Source of the DNA: Owenia fusiformis
Taxonomy: Eukaryota
Assembly: GCA_903813345.2 (NCBI GenBank)
Contig: CAIIXF020000001.1
Span: 44,144,001 to 44,208,000 of the forward strand
DNA: 64,000 bases
Direction of reading: 5' to 3'
Positions within the stretch are counted from its first letter, which is position 1. Each line of letters begins with the position of its first letter. The position numbers were made by a program, and so were the translations under genes. The notes under the pieces were generated by a model that saw only the letters and a program-made list of their open reading frames with translations, had not been told where the DNA came from and made no database searches. Positions 51,601-62,400 of this stretch are shown in pieces.

Positions 51601-54563
51601 TGGCATCTTTGGGTGAGTGAGTGTGCTTGTGTGAGGTGGCATCTTTGGTATATTGCATGTTGAGTAAGTGGTTTCTGGAGTTAGTGGCAAGTTGATGATC
51701 TAACCACGAATGTTGAGAACCGAATGTTGGCGGCAACTGTTCACACGTCACACTTGCAGCTGTGAGCAATGGCAAACCTGGTAAGACTTAATGCATATTG
51801 CTGCTTGGTTGACCAATGGAAAGTCATCTTTAGTTGTTTTCAATAATAAACATTTTAGCTAGTTTTCAAAACCCTGGCTCTAAATTGTAAATGATTCTGC
51901 TGAATGGGTTGTAAAGGATTCCAATGTCTGGATTGTATGCAAACCTTGCTAGTCTCCACTGTATGATTGCATTGGATTTCAGAATTGTACTAAATACAAG
52001 ATTAACATATAAAATATAGTGTCCTATAAACTTAACATTTGAAGATGTTTTAATGCCTTGGTTTGTATATATTTCTAACTTTAAATGCTGCGAAATGGTA
52101 AAATTGACCACACCCTCTTTTCAACATTTTTTATGGGATAGGATTCTAAAATGTTTCAAATAAAATACTTCCCATCATCTAATAATTAAAATCTTCATAT
52201 TGTTATATTAAACAAAGTCAGTAGATGTTCCTTGAATACTAATAAGTGTTGCATCCCAATGCATTTTTAATTTGAACCTAGAAAATGAAGTTTTTTTGCC
52301 AGTTTTCACCAATCATCACATTTTTGGGGCTGTGGGGAGGGGTTCTACAACTCAAAGTTATACATTTTTAACAAATTCAAGTGTCTATTTATTTCTAAAA
52401 GAGCTTCTTTACCTAGAGAACATACCTTTAGAAAAAGTGTTATTTTGGACCACCTTTATACTCATTAAAGAAAGTGAAATGTAAGAACCTGATTATCAAG
52501 TGATGTTGCCATAGCAACTGAAATGTTAGACATATTACACAAATGATATGATGAATTATTTTATCTTCACCTCTAATCATGCTATGTGCTTCAGATAGTT
52601 TACGATAGTTTAAGAATCAAGAATATGAAGAAAATGCTGAAAACCCACAAAATAATACATTTCTAAGGTAACTAATAGTGATCTATTACTGTTGCTATAG
52701 TAACGGATTAAGATTTTTTCTTGATTTTCACCATACAGATTAAGCATCATACTTAAACTAATTCCTGAAAATTTCAAGTCTATATCTTTATTAGTGTCTG
52801 ATATATAAAGGTGTCTTATAGTACCCCCAGTAGATTTTCTTAGGGGGGTATAAGAAATGGTTTGTAGAGAGTTGCCCAAGGGTGCCGCTCCGGCATTCCG
52901 TGGTTTTGAGGTCCCAACCCTATATTCATGCTGAAAAGTTAAAAAAACATTGTAATCCGAAGAAAACGATTAGCTTTGAACTTTCTGCCAGAATATAACC
53001 ATTTTAATCTCTCATTGTTCAGTCATTCATGTAAGAAAAAGTGGCACAAACCCATTTCTGACATGGTCACTTAAATCTCTTAGAACTCGGTTATCTGTGA
53101 AGGAAAATATAACAACCTTGGCATCATAAGAAAGAAAAAAACATCATAATCTATCAGATGGAAGCTATGAAATCTTCCTATTATTATTCATATATGAGAA
53201 ATAAGCAATTAAATCCCGGTTTTCGAGACACTGTATATGCCATATTATATGCAGTTCTTGGACCACTCAATTCGAAAATACTATGTTTTTATATATACCA
53301 GAACTTTGGGGTGTGACTGTTGCATCAATAAAATGCAGTTCTAGGTAAAAGATTTGAAAAAAATCAATGATTGTCTTTAGATTCAGCTTACTGATACTTT
53401 TACCTTGGCCTATGAGTTAAAAGATCATAAAAATTGTTGCATTTTATTCCTGAGAAATCTGACATTTTAGACGAATTGCTCTGGAATTATTATACCAAAA
53501 GTAATACAAAAATGTCCTTTTCACGTCTGGGCAGTTTTGATGACATTTAAAGTTCCTCTTTCAAGTGTATTATCTCATGGAAATGGGCATACCAGTGCAG
53601 AGATCTTTGGTCCGTGTTAAAGAATAGCTATCAAACATTGTCTGAAGAGCATATTTAGCTCCGTAATTCTACTTTTAACATGGCGACCTTGACAAAATAT
53701 AGCCATTTTGGATAATAGGTGATTCTACAGTCAAGGAGTGTTCTAGATGATATCAAAGTGTATGAACATTTGTATATCTAAAAATATTTTTAAAAAACAG
53801 TGCCGTTGTGGTAGGTTTGGGAGCTTTTTTGCTCTCGTTATTAACCCCATTTTCACGGTTGCCATGGTAATTTACGCCTTTGGTAACCATGATAACGTGA
53901 TTTTTGAAGGATATCCACCTTATAATAGTTGGGCCGAGTTTAATGGAGAATGGGCCTGGTTGAAAACATTGAAAATAGGTGATAGTACTAAAACAAGATT
54001 TTCTGTGAAACTTAAGCGTTACCTGATGAAACTTTCAAAATGATTGAATTGTCTGTTAGATGACCGCGAATAAAATTTCAAGTATATTCACAATCGTGGC
54101 ATAAGAAACCACAAAAATTGAGAATTTGTTTTGAATTTTACATAAATTGATGCAACTTTCTTCAAAATTGATGCAACTTTCTTCAAATTGTTTTCTTCTA
54201 TCTAATGAGGGGGGGGGGGAGTGCGATCACACCATCGCACCCCCTCCTGGCTACGCCCATGCGGGTTAATAAGCCAAAGGGTATTATTTTGCTATTATTT
54301 TTTGTACTATTTGTTGAATTGTAAGACTTACCATTATAGATAAATAATCAAACTAAACTAATCTATATATCCTGTAAAAATTATTGTAACTTGGTAGAGT
54401 GGTATTCCATGCATGCATACCAGAAGTATTTAAAATGCTTAAATCTAATTGTCTGCTCCTTTTGGGAGGGACCGTGTATATACTCACCTAACTTTCTAAT
54501 TGTAGCCGTGGTACCCAATGCGCATAGAAGCACTGTGAATGCACAGAAAATGTAGGTCCTCAT
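39651..54563 (-). CDS. Secreted 6-Cys (chitin-binding type-2-like) + VWA domain protein, paralogue B (about 333 aa)
   Basis: Coding exons 54488-54563 ([25 protein letters not shown]), 47788-47850, 45331-45531 (same Cys spacing as A), 44641-44858 ([15 protein letters not shown]), 40807-40926 (GTAT), 39651-39974 (ILVTDG...SCEDL*, AAG acceptor). 1002 nt; the 201/218/120-nt exons equal those of paralogue A; AATAAA at 39621-39626 (minus). Confidence 0.88.
40540..40765. repeat. 32-bp minisatellite (GTACGTGTACATGTTGCTATCGTGATAATTTG), about 6.5 copies
   Basis: Period 32 seen directly (TACATG at 40561, 40593...). Confidence 0.9.
41905..42957 (+). pseudogene. Mariner transposase with one in-frame TGA at 42799-42801
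   Basis: [32 protein letters not shown] (D-34-D); frame continues after the stop [12 protein letters not shown]...[14 protein letters not shown]. Confidence 0.92.
42964..43844. mobile_element. TIR element inserted just after the mariner stop codon
   Basis: TGACGTGCACGGTCCTGGGGACAATT / AATTGTCCCCAGTTTCGTGCGACGTGTCA. Confidence 0.7.
45749..46561. mobile_element. MITE with AAAGGA..GGTATCGATATGGTGAACT TIRs
   Basis: 19-bp perfect inverted core at 45757-45775 and 46535-46553. Confidence 0.65.
49967..50572. repeat. ~174-bp tandem repeat, about 3.5 copies
   Basis: Recurrent GTTGGCATAGTCTAGACATTGGCATAATG...CTCATCTGAGCAAT with ~174-bp spacing. Confidence 0.85.
50996..51648. repeat. 36-bp minisatellite (GTGAGTGAGTGTGCTCGTGTAAGGTGGCATCTTTGG), about 18 copies
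   Basis: Direct; explains the 12-aa repeat ORFs 50992-51690 and 51101-51775. Confidence 0.95.
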
Positions 54564-54752
54564 GTCTAGAGAAAAAAAATACGTTAAAATGATAAAATCG
54601 CATGACTTCTTTAACTTATTGTTGATAATACCGATGATGACGATGATGAGAGTTTACCATTTCACATTTTAAAAGACAGATTAATTTGTAAGATATTCAT
54701 GTATTCCAAGTAAAAGTTTAATGTTTTGTCAATTATTGCGAAAAAATATAAC

Positions 54753-54944
54753 TGACAAGTCTCGGTTTGGAGAACAGTCTCCTGGGCAAATAATTTTCTT
54801 TGAAAAATATAGAAATAACACCCAAATTAAATTATGCATATTCGAAAGAGGACATTTAAATCTACAAGAGAATATCAAAATTGTCCAAAGCAGGCGTAAC
54901 GTGCAGTAAACTGATGAACTTCGTTATCCAAACAGAGACTAGTC
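54753..54944. mobile_element. Small MITE-like inverted repeat
   Basis: GACAAGTCTCGGTTTGGAGAAC / GTTATCCAAACAGAGACTAGTC. Confidence 0.5.
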
Positions 54945-55383
54945 TTTTAGAAAATATAGCATGTACATTCTCCAGTTTGGTGTAAATTTCTGATAACTAC
55001 CCGAAAAACCCGCGTACAACACAACAATACAACACAACCGATTGCCGTTATCAAATTCACCAGCTAACGTCCTGGTTGATTATGTATCTAATGCTTCAAA
55101 ACATGTGGTACATAGCCTCCATGAAGATGCGACCCACCATTGAAAAATTGTGAATAAAAACATGACTTTCAAAAGATTTGAGTAAATAAATACGTAACAA
55201 AATGAACAAGGTGTCAATGATGACAAATCACCAAAATTCAAATCTTCAGATTCAAATCTTCAAAATGACCCATCTGCAAACTAAACATTAAAACATGTTA
55301 TCTCCAATGGCTCACTATTCAAATGCAAACATCTCAACAAGAAATTTTATTTTTACAATATTTTAATTCTAAAATCCTCTTAC

Positions 55384-55500
55384 CTGTTTTATTTTACTTG
55401 ATGAATATGCAATAGTAGGTTTAACAATTTCTCCAGTGTAGACGTCCGGGAAGAAGTGGAAATGTGAAAGACCTAACACCACTCTTCGGTATTTATACAA
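55384..55500 (-). promoter_or_regulatory. TATA core promoter and non-coding first exon of paralogue B
   Basis: TATAAATA on minus (55490-55497), Inr-like TCACATT about 30 nt downstream, GTAAG donor at 55383; acceptor 2 nt before the ATG at 54563. Confidence 0.6.
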
Positions 55501-55954
55501 GATGTCTTGGATTTATTTTACGAACAATGTTTTTACAAAGCGACATGTTCGTGAATAATTGAAATATTTAATGCCCTTAGTGCCGTCTGTTACATTTTAT
55601 CTTTTTGTTACGTCTTGAAATCCCATTTACTCGAAGTCATTTAATGGTGTTGGCTTCATAAAAAGTTCAATGTTATAAATATTAATTTTGTTTGTTCTGA
55701 GTTCACTAGTCTAAGACCAGCTCCAATGGGTGGGTGGTCATGGAAAAAGTAGAGTAACGCTTCTCCTACTACATGGGTTTGAGGAAAGGGCGTTGGGTGT
55801 GGGTTGCTTGGGGAGTACAATCCATCCAGGATTGAAATATATCATTCAGCTTTTTAGTTTTTCAAGTTCATATTTCCATGAATTTTTTTTCAAAATCATA
55901 AATGTTTAATCGTATTGTCTATTCGTGACACAGTTTAACTACAACCTAGAAAAT

Positions 55955-56465
55955 CTAATCAATTTGAAGTAAGTTGAAAATACCTTTTTGACCTTTTTTA
56001 ACCTAAGGACCTTTTAGACCTCTTAACCAAGTCAAATTACAAATCTAAAGTCAGATTTGAATTTTTGAAAACTTATACAGGTAGCTGATTTTGAAAAAAA
56101 CTAAGCCAATTTCAAACAAGTTGAAAAATACCCTTTCGACCTTTTCTGACCTTGAGAAGGTCATTGAAGGTCAAATATCAAATCTATAGTCAGATTTGAA
56201 CTTCTGAGAACTCGTAGATGATTTTGAAGAGAACATTTATGAATTTGAAGCAAGTTGAAAAATACCTTTTGACCTTGTTTTAATCTAAATATCTTTTAAT
56301 CTAAAGTCAAATAATTGGTCAATTTGAAGCAAAATACCTTTTGGACATTTTTTGACCTTAAGAGTCATTGAAGGTCAAATCTCATTTCTATAGTCAGATT
56401 TGAACTTCTGAGAACTCGTATATGATTATGAAAAAAAATTTAATCAATTTGAAGCAAGTTGAAAA
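55955..56465 (+). repeat. Second array of the ~120-bp repeat found at 1020-1480
   Basis: Shared AAATCTA(A/T)AGTCAGATTTGAACTT...AATTTGAAGCAAGTTGAAAAATACC motifs. Confidence 0.8.
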
Positions 56466-57654
56466 GCTACCATCTACTTCCAATAGGCCTATGATATACA
56501 TAAACATGATGGACATTATAAAAGACGTATTTGTGTGTGTAACGATTTGAAAAAAAACAGCATGTTTATTAATATTTGAGCATACTTATAGCTTATTGCA
56601 ATAAATAAAATCATATCAGAAGATGATAATGCCCTTTTACTTATTCTAAATAATTCATTTTTCCTTTTAAGAAGATCTCATATAAGATAAAGATGCTTAT
56701 CTAATGTTCCAACTTTTATATCCAAAGAACATGTGTACGTTTTATAGATTTTATTACATAAAATATAACATATTACAATTTAACCTTTTTGGCATGGGGA
56801 GACGGCTATCTATCGATCAGAACTTGCGTAATTGTATACCACAGAAACGATTACGTAATCATGAGATAATGTTACGTAATGACAGCGCAAAATCATGATT
56901 ATGCAACCTTATATAATCATTAATCTTTGGGATAAGAGAGAGACCATAGAGGACCGAGTGCTGAGATAGATAGCCGCCTCCGAAATCCGGGCCACCCGAT
57001 ACCCCCTATTAAGGGGGCGAAGGGGTGGGGGCGGGTAAGCGTCCGACTTCCTCAAGATGCAAAGCTAAAACTGTGTAAACCAAACTACTACAGAACAGTT
57101 GGTATAGCATTAAGATAAGTTATTGTCCCGGCCTAATTGGATCTGTCAACAGACTTTTAATTGGGCTGGTAGGACAGACACCGTTCTCTGTGATATAAAC
57201 CAGATTTAACAAATACTTGTTAAATCACAATTTATATCCAAAGAACATGTGTACGTTTTATAGATTTTATTACATAAAATATAACATATTACAATTTAAC
57301 CTTTTTGGCATGGGGAGACGGCTATCTATCGATCAGAACTTGCGTAATTGTATACCACAGAAACGATTACGTAATCATGAGATAATGTTACGTAATGACA
57401 GCGCAAAATCATGATTATGCAACCTTATATAATCATTAATCTTTGGGATAAGAGCCCAAAAACAAGTATACTCGTGAACGGAGTTTAAATAAAAGCTCTG
57501 TGAACGATAGGATACGCCGTTCCCCAAAGATTGATTGAATGAGGCCTGGTAAGGACGAAGTCAGTGTTAATATGACGTAGGTGTATGCATGCCAATACAA
57601 GAGCGTCGTAGGATAGGCATGTTACACTTACGCGAATGATACGCGAAAGTACGC

Positions 57655-58346
57655 AACATGCAACGGATGGAACATAAAAGTCAGCACGACTTATCCAAGA
57701 TTGTAATTGTTGGGGCGCGGATAATCTGGTCCATCCTATAGGCACCTTCTACGCTGTAGCTCGGTGGAGAGAAAATTTGAATGGGACACCTCGTGGGCAG
57801 ACGGTTTACCTCGAAGAGAACGTAGCCGAGATGGGCCATTCAGGAATACCCCTCGCGTACCCGGTTTATTCTCGTAGAGAACGGAGCCAAGGTGTATTGA
57901 AATAAGTGGTCGAAGACACTAGCGTGCATGACTTACCCCGTTGAGGGTGCATAGCCCCGGGTGCATAACTTAGTGGCAGCATAGTCCGTCAGTTCGTCAA
58001 GAAGGGGACATGCTGCATGTCCGTCAAAGTTATTAGATTCAAAGATTAGTAATTAGTTTACACATATACACATTAATATTATGATTAAAACTGGAATTAT
58101 TACGTAGATACTGGGTAAAGTAAACTTACAAATAGATAACAAATAGCTATGATATGAACATGTAACGGATGGAACACAAAAGGCAGCACGACTTATCCAA
58201 GCTTGATATGTTGGGGCGCGGTTAATGTGGTCCATCCTATGGGCACCTTGCTACGCTGTAGCTCAGTGAAAAGAAAGTTTGAATGGGACTCCTCGCGTGC
58301 ACGGTTTATCTCGTTGAGAGAACGTGACCAAGATGGGCCATTCAGA
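57655..58346. repeat. Diverged ~190-bp direct repeat pair (57655-57845, 58157-58346) in the 3' region of the YR element
   Basis: Shared AACGGATGGAACA...CAGCACGACTTATCCAAG...GGTCCATCCTAT...GATGGGCCATTCAG. Confidence 0.85.
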
Positions 58347-58699
58347 AAACGCTATATAATACAAAACAATATGAACTTTGATAAGTCATCGGCGAATGCC
58401 AATGAAACCATATATGTCCAGAGCAACGATTGGACCAGATGCTCTACCAAGGACCGTATAGCACGTCGCTGTTTATCAATTAATGATTACAATGACACTT
58501 GAAATTATAGCTTAATATTAAGTTAATGGGTTGGATAATTGAAAGGAGCTGTTGGTGCTATATGTCTATTATCGCCATGAGGTAGATTATTTAAATCCAA
58601 AGTCATTAACTGGTAAATCACTGGAACGAAATCCTATCCTAACACTGTACATCAAGTAACGTTCCGACAGAGCTAGTCTAATTAATTGGCGATAGACAC

Positions 58700-59450
58700 T
58701 ATGTAGCTGCTTTGATCGCAGAAATTGGTGTCGGATATAATATGTCCTAGAGCGCCTCGTTTCATCGTCCAGGGGTCATGATCCTTGAGTCCTCTATATG
58801 CATTCCGTGGCGAAATGAATGACCTGCGTAATATAAAGTATCGAGTTAGTTCCCAGGGCCAAAAGCACATCCCTGACCGCGGTAGAATGTTAGATAAGGG
58901 CGGCATATCGGGTGTTACAAACGAGGTGTGCGTTCCTGGTTGTGATTCTGGTACGCAGATACTGCTGCATCGGTTGCACTGCACAAGTGTTATTGTCCCC
59001 GGCAAACTATTTTAATTACACAGCGTCCCTAAACGTATCCATAGATGTTCTGATATTATCCGATCATCAGATCATATGGCAAATGTCAGTCCTGAAATGA
59101 GACATTTGGTAGGCTCTAAATCCGGCAACCCAACCCTTGGTAAAAACTGTAATCGCATATTACAGAAAAATAGGGAGGTTGAAACTCAGTCCCCTGCAAT
59201 GCATCTGAATTACCAAGGTATGAAGTATCTATTGATGAAATCAACTGGTAATCGAGTATGCTGTAACTTGCACTGAGTAGACCCATGAAGTAGAGCGGTG
59301 GGGATTAAATATAGTCCAAATATGCCCAATATTGCGAAGGGATGAATTCTATTCAGATGTCTGCTATCAATGTGTGTTTATACTGACAAATGCTATTTGA
59401 CTTCCAAGTTGTGTCTTGAAAGACCTGGTCGATAGGGTTAATGTGGTATC
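58700..59450 (-). pseudogene. Decayed tyrosine recombinase
   Basis: GHSFR at 58810-58824 (HxxR box), LGRW-like PGR(TGA) and YIR downstream; multiple stops and frameshifts. Confidence 0.7.
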
Positions 59451-62400
59451 GGTGTCGATGTCATATGCGTGTAAGCCGAGATCATGATCTGGTGAAGGTT
59501 GGACTTGAAACCGTTTGATCATTTGAACCCTTCTTGAACCTGGCTTTTTCCAGCACGTCTCTTGGAAATCTACAACATAAATAACCAAAAGCAGTATTCA
59601 TTCTTACAAAACTACTCTCATTCTTATATTCCGTCATTTTTAATAGAAACTAAACAAACGTAGATGAATTGGGATTATGATGATATTAGCAACCCAATCG
59701 TGGCTGTTATGAAAACGCTAACCCATCCTTGCTGCCAATGTATATAGTATAAATATATATTGCATTGTTAACAGCTTTAAAAAAAACGACATAGTACTTA
59801 TAAGATTAAGTTTCAATAATAAAGCATCATTCCGAGAATTTCTATCAAGATTGAAAACAATTAAATGTTTCACAAGAAGAGAATACTGTAGAAATAAGGT
59901 GATAATAGCGACATCGATGATAGTAATGAGACATGATGATGAGTGGACAACTGCACTACGCAGATTGCGTTCTCTCTAGTCAGATAATGCTATCTTATTA
60001 CCCCTGACATGAAACTACTCGAATGGCTGAATTAGTATAAATGCAATCTTTTGAATAAAGGATGCAGCTAGCCGAAGTGTAAGACCAAAATCACCGAGGA
60101 TATGTATCCAAAATATGAGTTGACCTCAAGTTGACATCTCAACATATGCCTGCTACTAAATGTTAATCCCATGAGGTTTATAGACCAAATTATGCCGTTT
60201 TGGGTCCTCTGGGAAGATGAATCGACTGGGCGCACCTGTAAAGGACTCCCTCGTGGTAAAAGATGATTGTTGATATCTAAATATGAGTAATTTGGTGACA
60301 ATACCATATTAGATCCTCTGTTCATCCCAGTTAGCATTCCGAACTTAACTTTTAAAACAGTTGCACTGTTGGAATAAATATAAATATTATAAAAACATAA
60401 TAAACAATGCAAGTAAATAAATATGTATGCAAATAAATGACTCTACCAATGTAATGAGTAAAACTTCGTGGGGCCTCAGCAAGGAAAGAACTGTGTGATG
60501 TTGGGAGGATGTAACCAGAATAGTATCTAATACCAACATGAGAAATCATGGCCTTCCATTAGCTTCACGCTAGAATCATATATTTCTAGTTGAAGACAGA
60601 AAAAGTGATGAGTATCAGAATGATCTAATACCGTTCAAGGTCATTTCTGAATGTAACATCGCCAAGGCCGTGTTCATTTAAAATGTCACTGATGTTTCTA
60701 AAGTATGGACAATGCAAACCATTTCAAGGCTAATTGATTGGTCTCGTTGTCTTAAAAACAGCTTTATATAATTGTTCTAGGAAAACTAAGGGCGGAAAAC
60801 TACTTGGAGTTCTGGAACGAAACAGATGTCCCGACGAGATTTAATTGTAATTACTCGACCTATACATTTTAACAGAGACTTCTCGTAAACGTTCAGAGAA
60901 ATACAAATGCTAAAACTTATACTCAGAATATACAGATAGAAACATGGACGTTAATATGCATTTATCAGTTCAATCAGTTAGAGACCGGGAGGCATCACGA
61001 TACAACCCATTTCCAAACCTTAAAAGAGAAGAAATGACAGTAATACCCCGCCATGGAATTGTCAAGAAGACGAAGAATATTTCTCATGTGCAAATAAAGA
61101 GATCTTCTTCTACTGTTCGGTTATGATTGCCTTGTTCCTATGGATTAAAAAGAAAATATTTAGATGTGCGTCAGACGTTGGAAAAGCCTGTATCGTAGCT
61201 GTTGTTGAATTTATATTCTGTAAATCAAATTTAACACGAGCCTAATTGCAATGTTATGAAGAGCCCGTGTTTCCCGACAAGATTATATTAAGCTATCCTC
61301 AAGGTGGTACGCTAAGCGAAATGCAGAACAGGAAAATAAAATGCAAATGGCAACAATAGAGAATAACATTACCTGAGATAAAAAGATTCTTAGTTGGAGT
61401 GCCTAGCGTCAATGACGAGATTGCAGCTTACTTTACATCAGGCTCCTTCGTTCGTTAGTCAATAATAGTGCTTTCAACTTGAGGAAGAGGATTTGAATGA
61501 CCATGACATAGACGTAACTCCTGTGAAACCCCAACAACAGAGATCGTTATATACGTTCGTTAAGAAAACACCCTTCCGGCAAGACTGTCTTTGCAGTATA
61601 AGCCCCATTCATATTCTATTAAAGCAGGTGTCAAACGATTTTGGCCGATTCTCTACTCTGGTCTTTATCATGTTTGGCTTCTGTATATGCAGCATCTTTC
61701 AAGTATTTTTGCGTTCACGCGCTCCTTTATATGTTCGAAGTACGTTTGTGATGTTCTTTGAGGCATTTCGGCTCCCAACTCCTCGATTTCGCGATTACAT
61801 GGTATATATTACAGCCGTGTGTAAAAACGAAGTGATTAGATAATCCAAATAATATAGTGTTAACAAATTCTGTTTACTTTTAGTATAGATGTAAGTGTTT
61901 TAGAGAATATAATATAAGCGTCCGACTTCCTCAAGATGCAAAGCTAAAACTGTGTAAACCAAACTACTACAGAACAGTTGGTATAGCATTAAGATAAGTT
62001 ATTGTCCCGGCCTAATTGGATCTGTCAACAGACTTTTAATTGGGCTGGTAGGACAGACACCGTTCTCTGTGATATAAACCAGATTTAACAAATACTTGTT
62101 AAATCACAATGATTTATTGTCACATCTTGTAAACAACAGGGTAGACTTCTTGATCTCACATATGTCTTTATAAAACATTGCTTTAAATTATGATAATATT
62201 TAAATTTAATTTGTACATCATTATGTGGAAATAAGAGTGTTTCAATGTATCATTTCCTTTCTTAGTTTCTAAGTAAAGGAGTCCCATGCAGAGTTTAACC
62301 ACTTTGGTCTCAATTGAGTCTTGCCCCTTATCAAAATTAGTGATACGAGAAAAAATGATGGATTCAGAAAACTAAATATGATTGTGCCTTTAAGGGAAGC

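Larger units (their letters stand above)
48968..52994. mobile_element. Large foldback element with ~800-bp TIRs and internal satellites
   Basis: Arms about 49014-49830 and 52170-52971 are reverse complements; outer ends ATCCTGGCA/TGCCAGAAT flanked by direct ATAACC. Confidence 0.85.
48419..53233 (-). mobile_element. Decayed Tc1-like element (~200-bp TIRs) split by a 4-kb foldback insertion
   Basis: TA|CAGGGCGTGTC... and ...GAGACACTG|TA; arms share GTCAGAAATGGGTTTGTGCCACTTT; transposase tail [10 protein letters not shown]...[12 protein letters not shown] at 48780-48960 (minus). Confidence 0.75.
56715..62110 (-). mobile_element. Tyrosine-recombinase (DIRS-order, Ngaro/PAT-type) retrotransposon with split direct repeats, ORFs decayed
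   Basis: Minus-strand order A1(62110-61915) - internal - B1(57454-57231) A2(57231-57036) - spacer - B2(56938-56715). YR remnants on minus near 58700-59060: CAVQPMQQYLRTR, YAGHSFRHG, IEDSRIMTPGR*, YIR. Confidence 0.82.

Noticed and set aside
50996..51648. CRISPR-like array (36-bp repeats)
   Set aside because: Head-to-tail repeats with no unique spacers, eukaryotic context, no cas genes. The same applies to the 32-bp array at 40540-40765.
50992..51775. His/Pro-rich repeat ORFs ([12 protein letters not shown] / [12 protein letters not shown]) as a metal-binding structural protein or extra exon
   Set aside because: By-product of a 36-bp minisatellite open in several frames inside a foldback element; no signal peptide, no convincing splice sites, no counterpart in paralogue A.
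54905..54945. Hammerhead ribozyme core (CTGATGA)
   Set aside because: No properly placed GAAA or supporting stems found; likewise for CTGATGA near 8081 and 12270.
56704..57414. Two identical ~65-aa ORFs as a duplicated small gene
   Set aside because: They lie in the identical terminal repeats of the YR retroelement.
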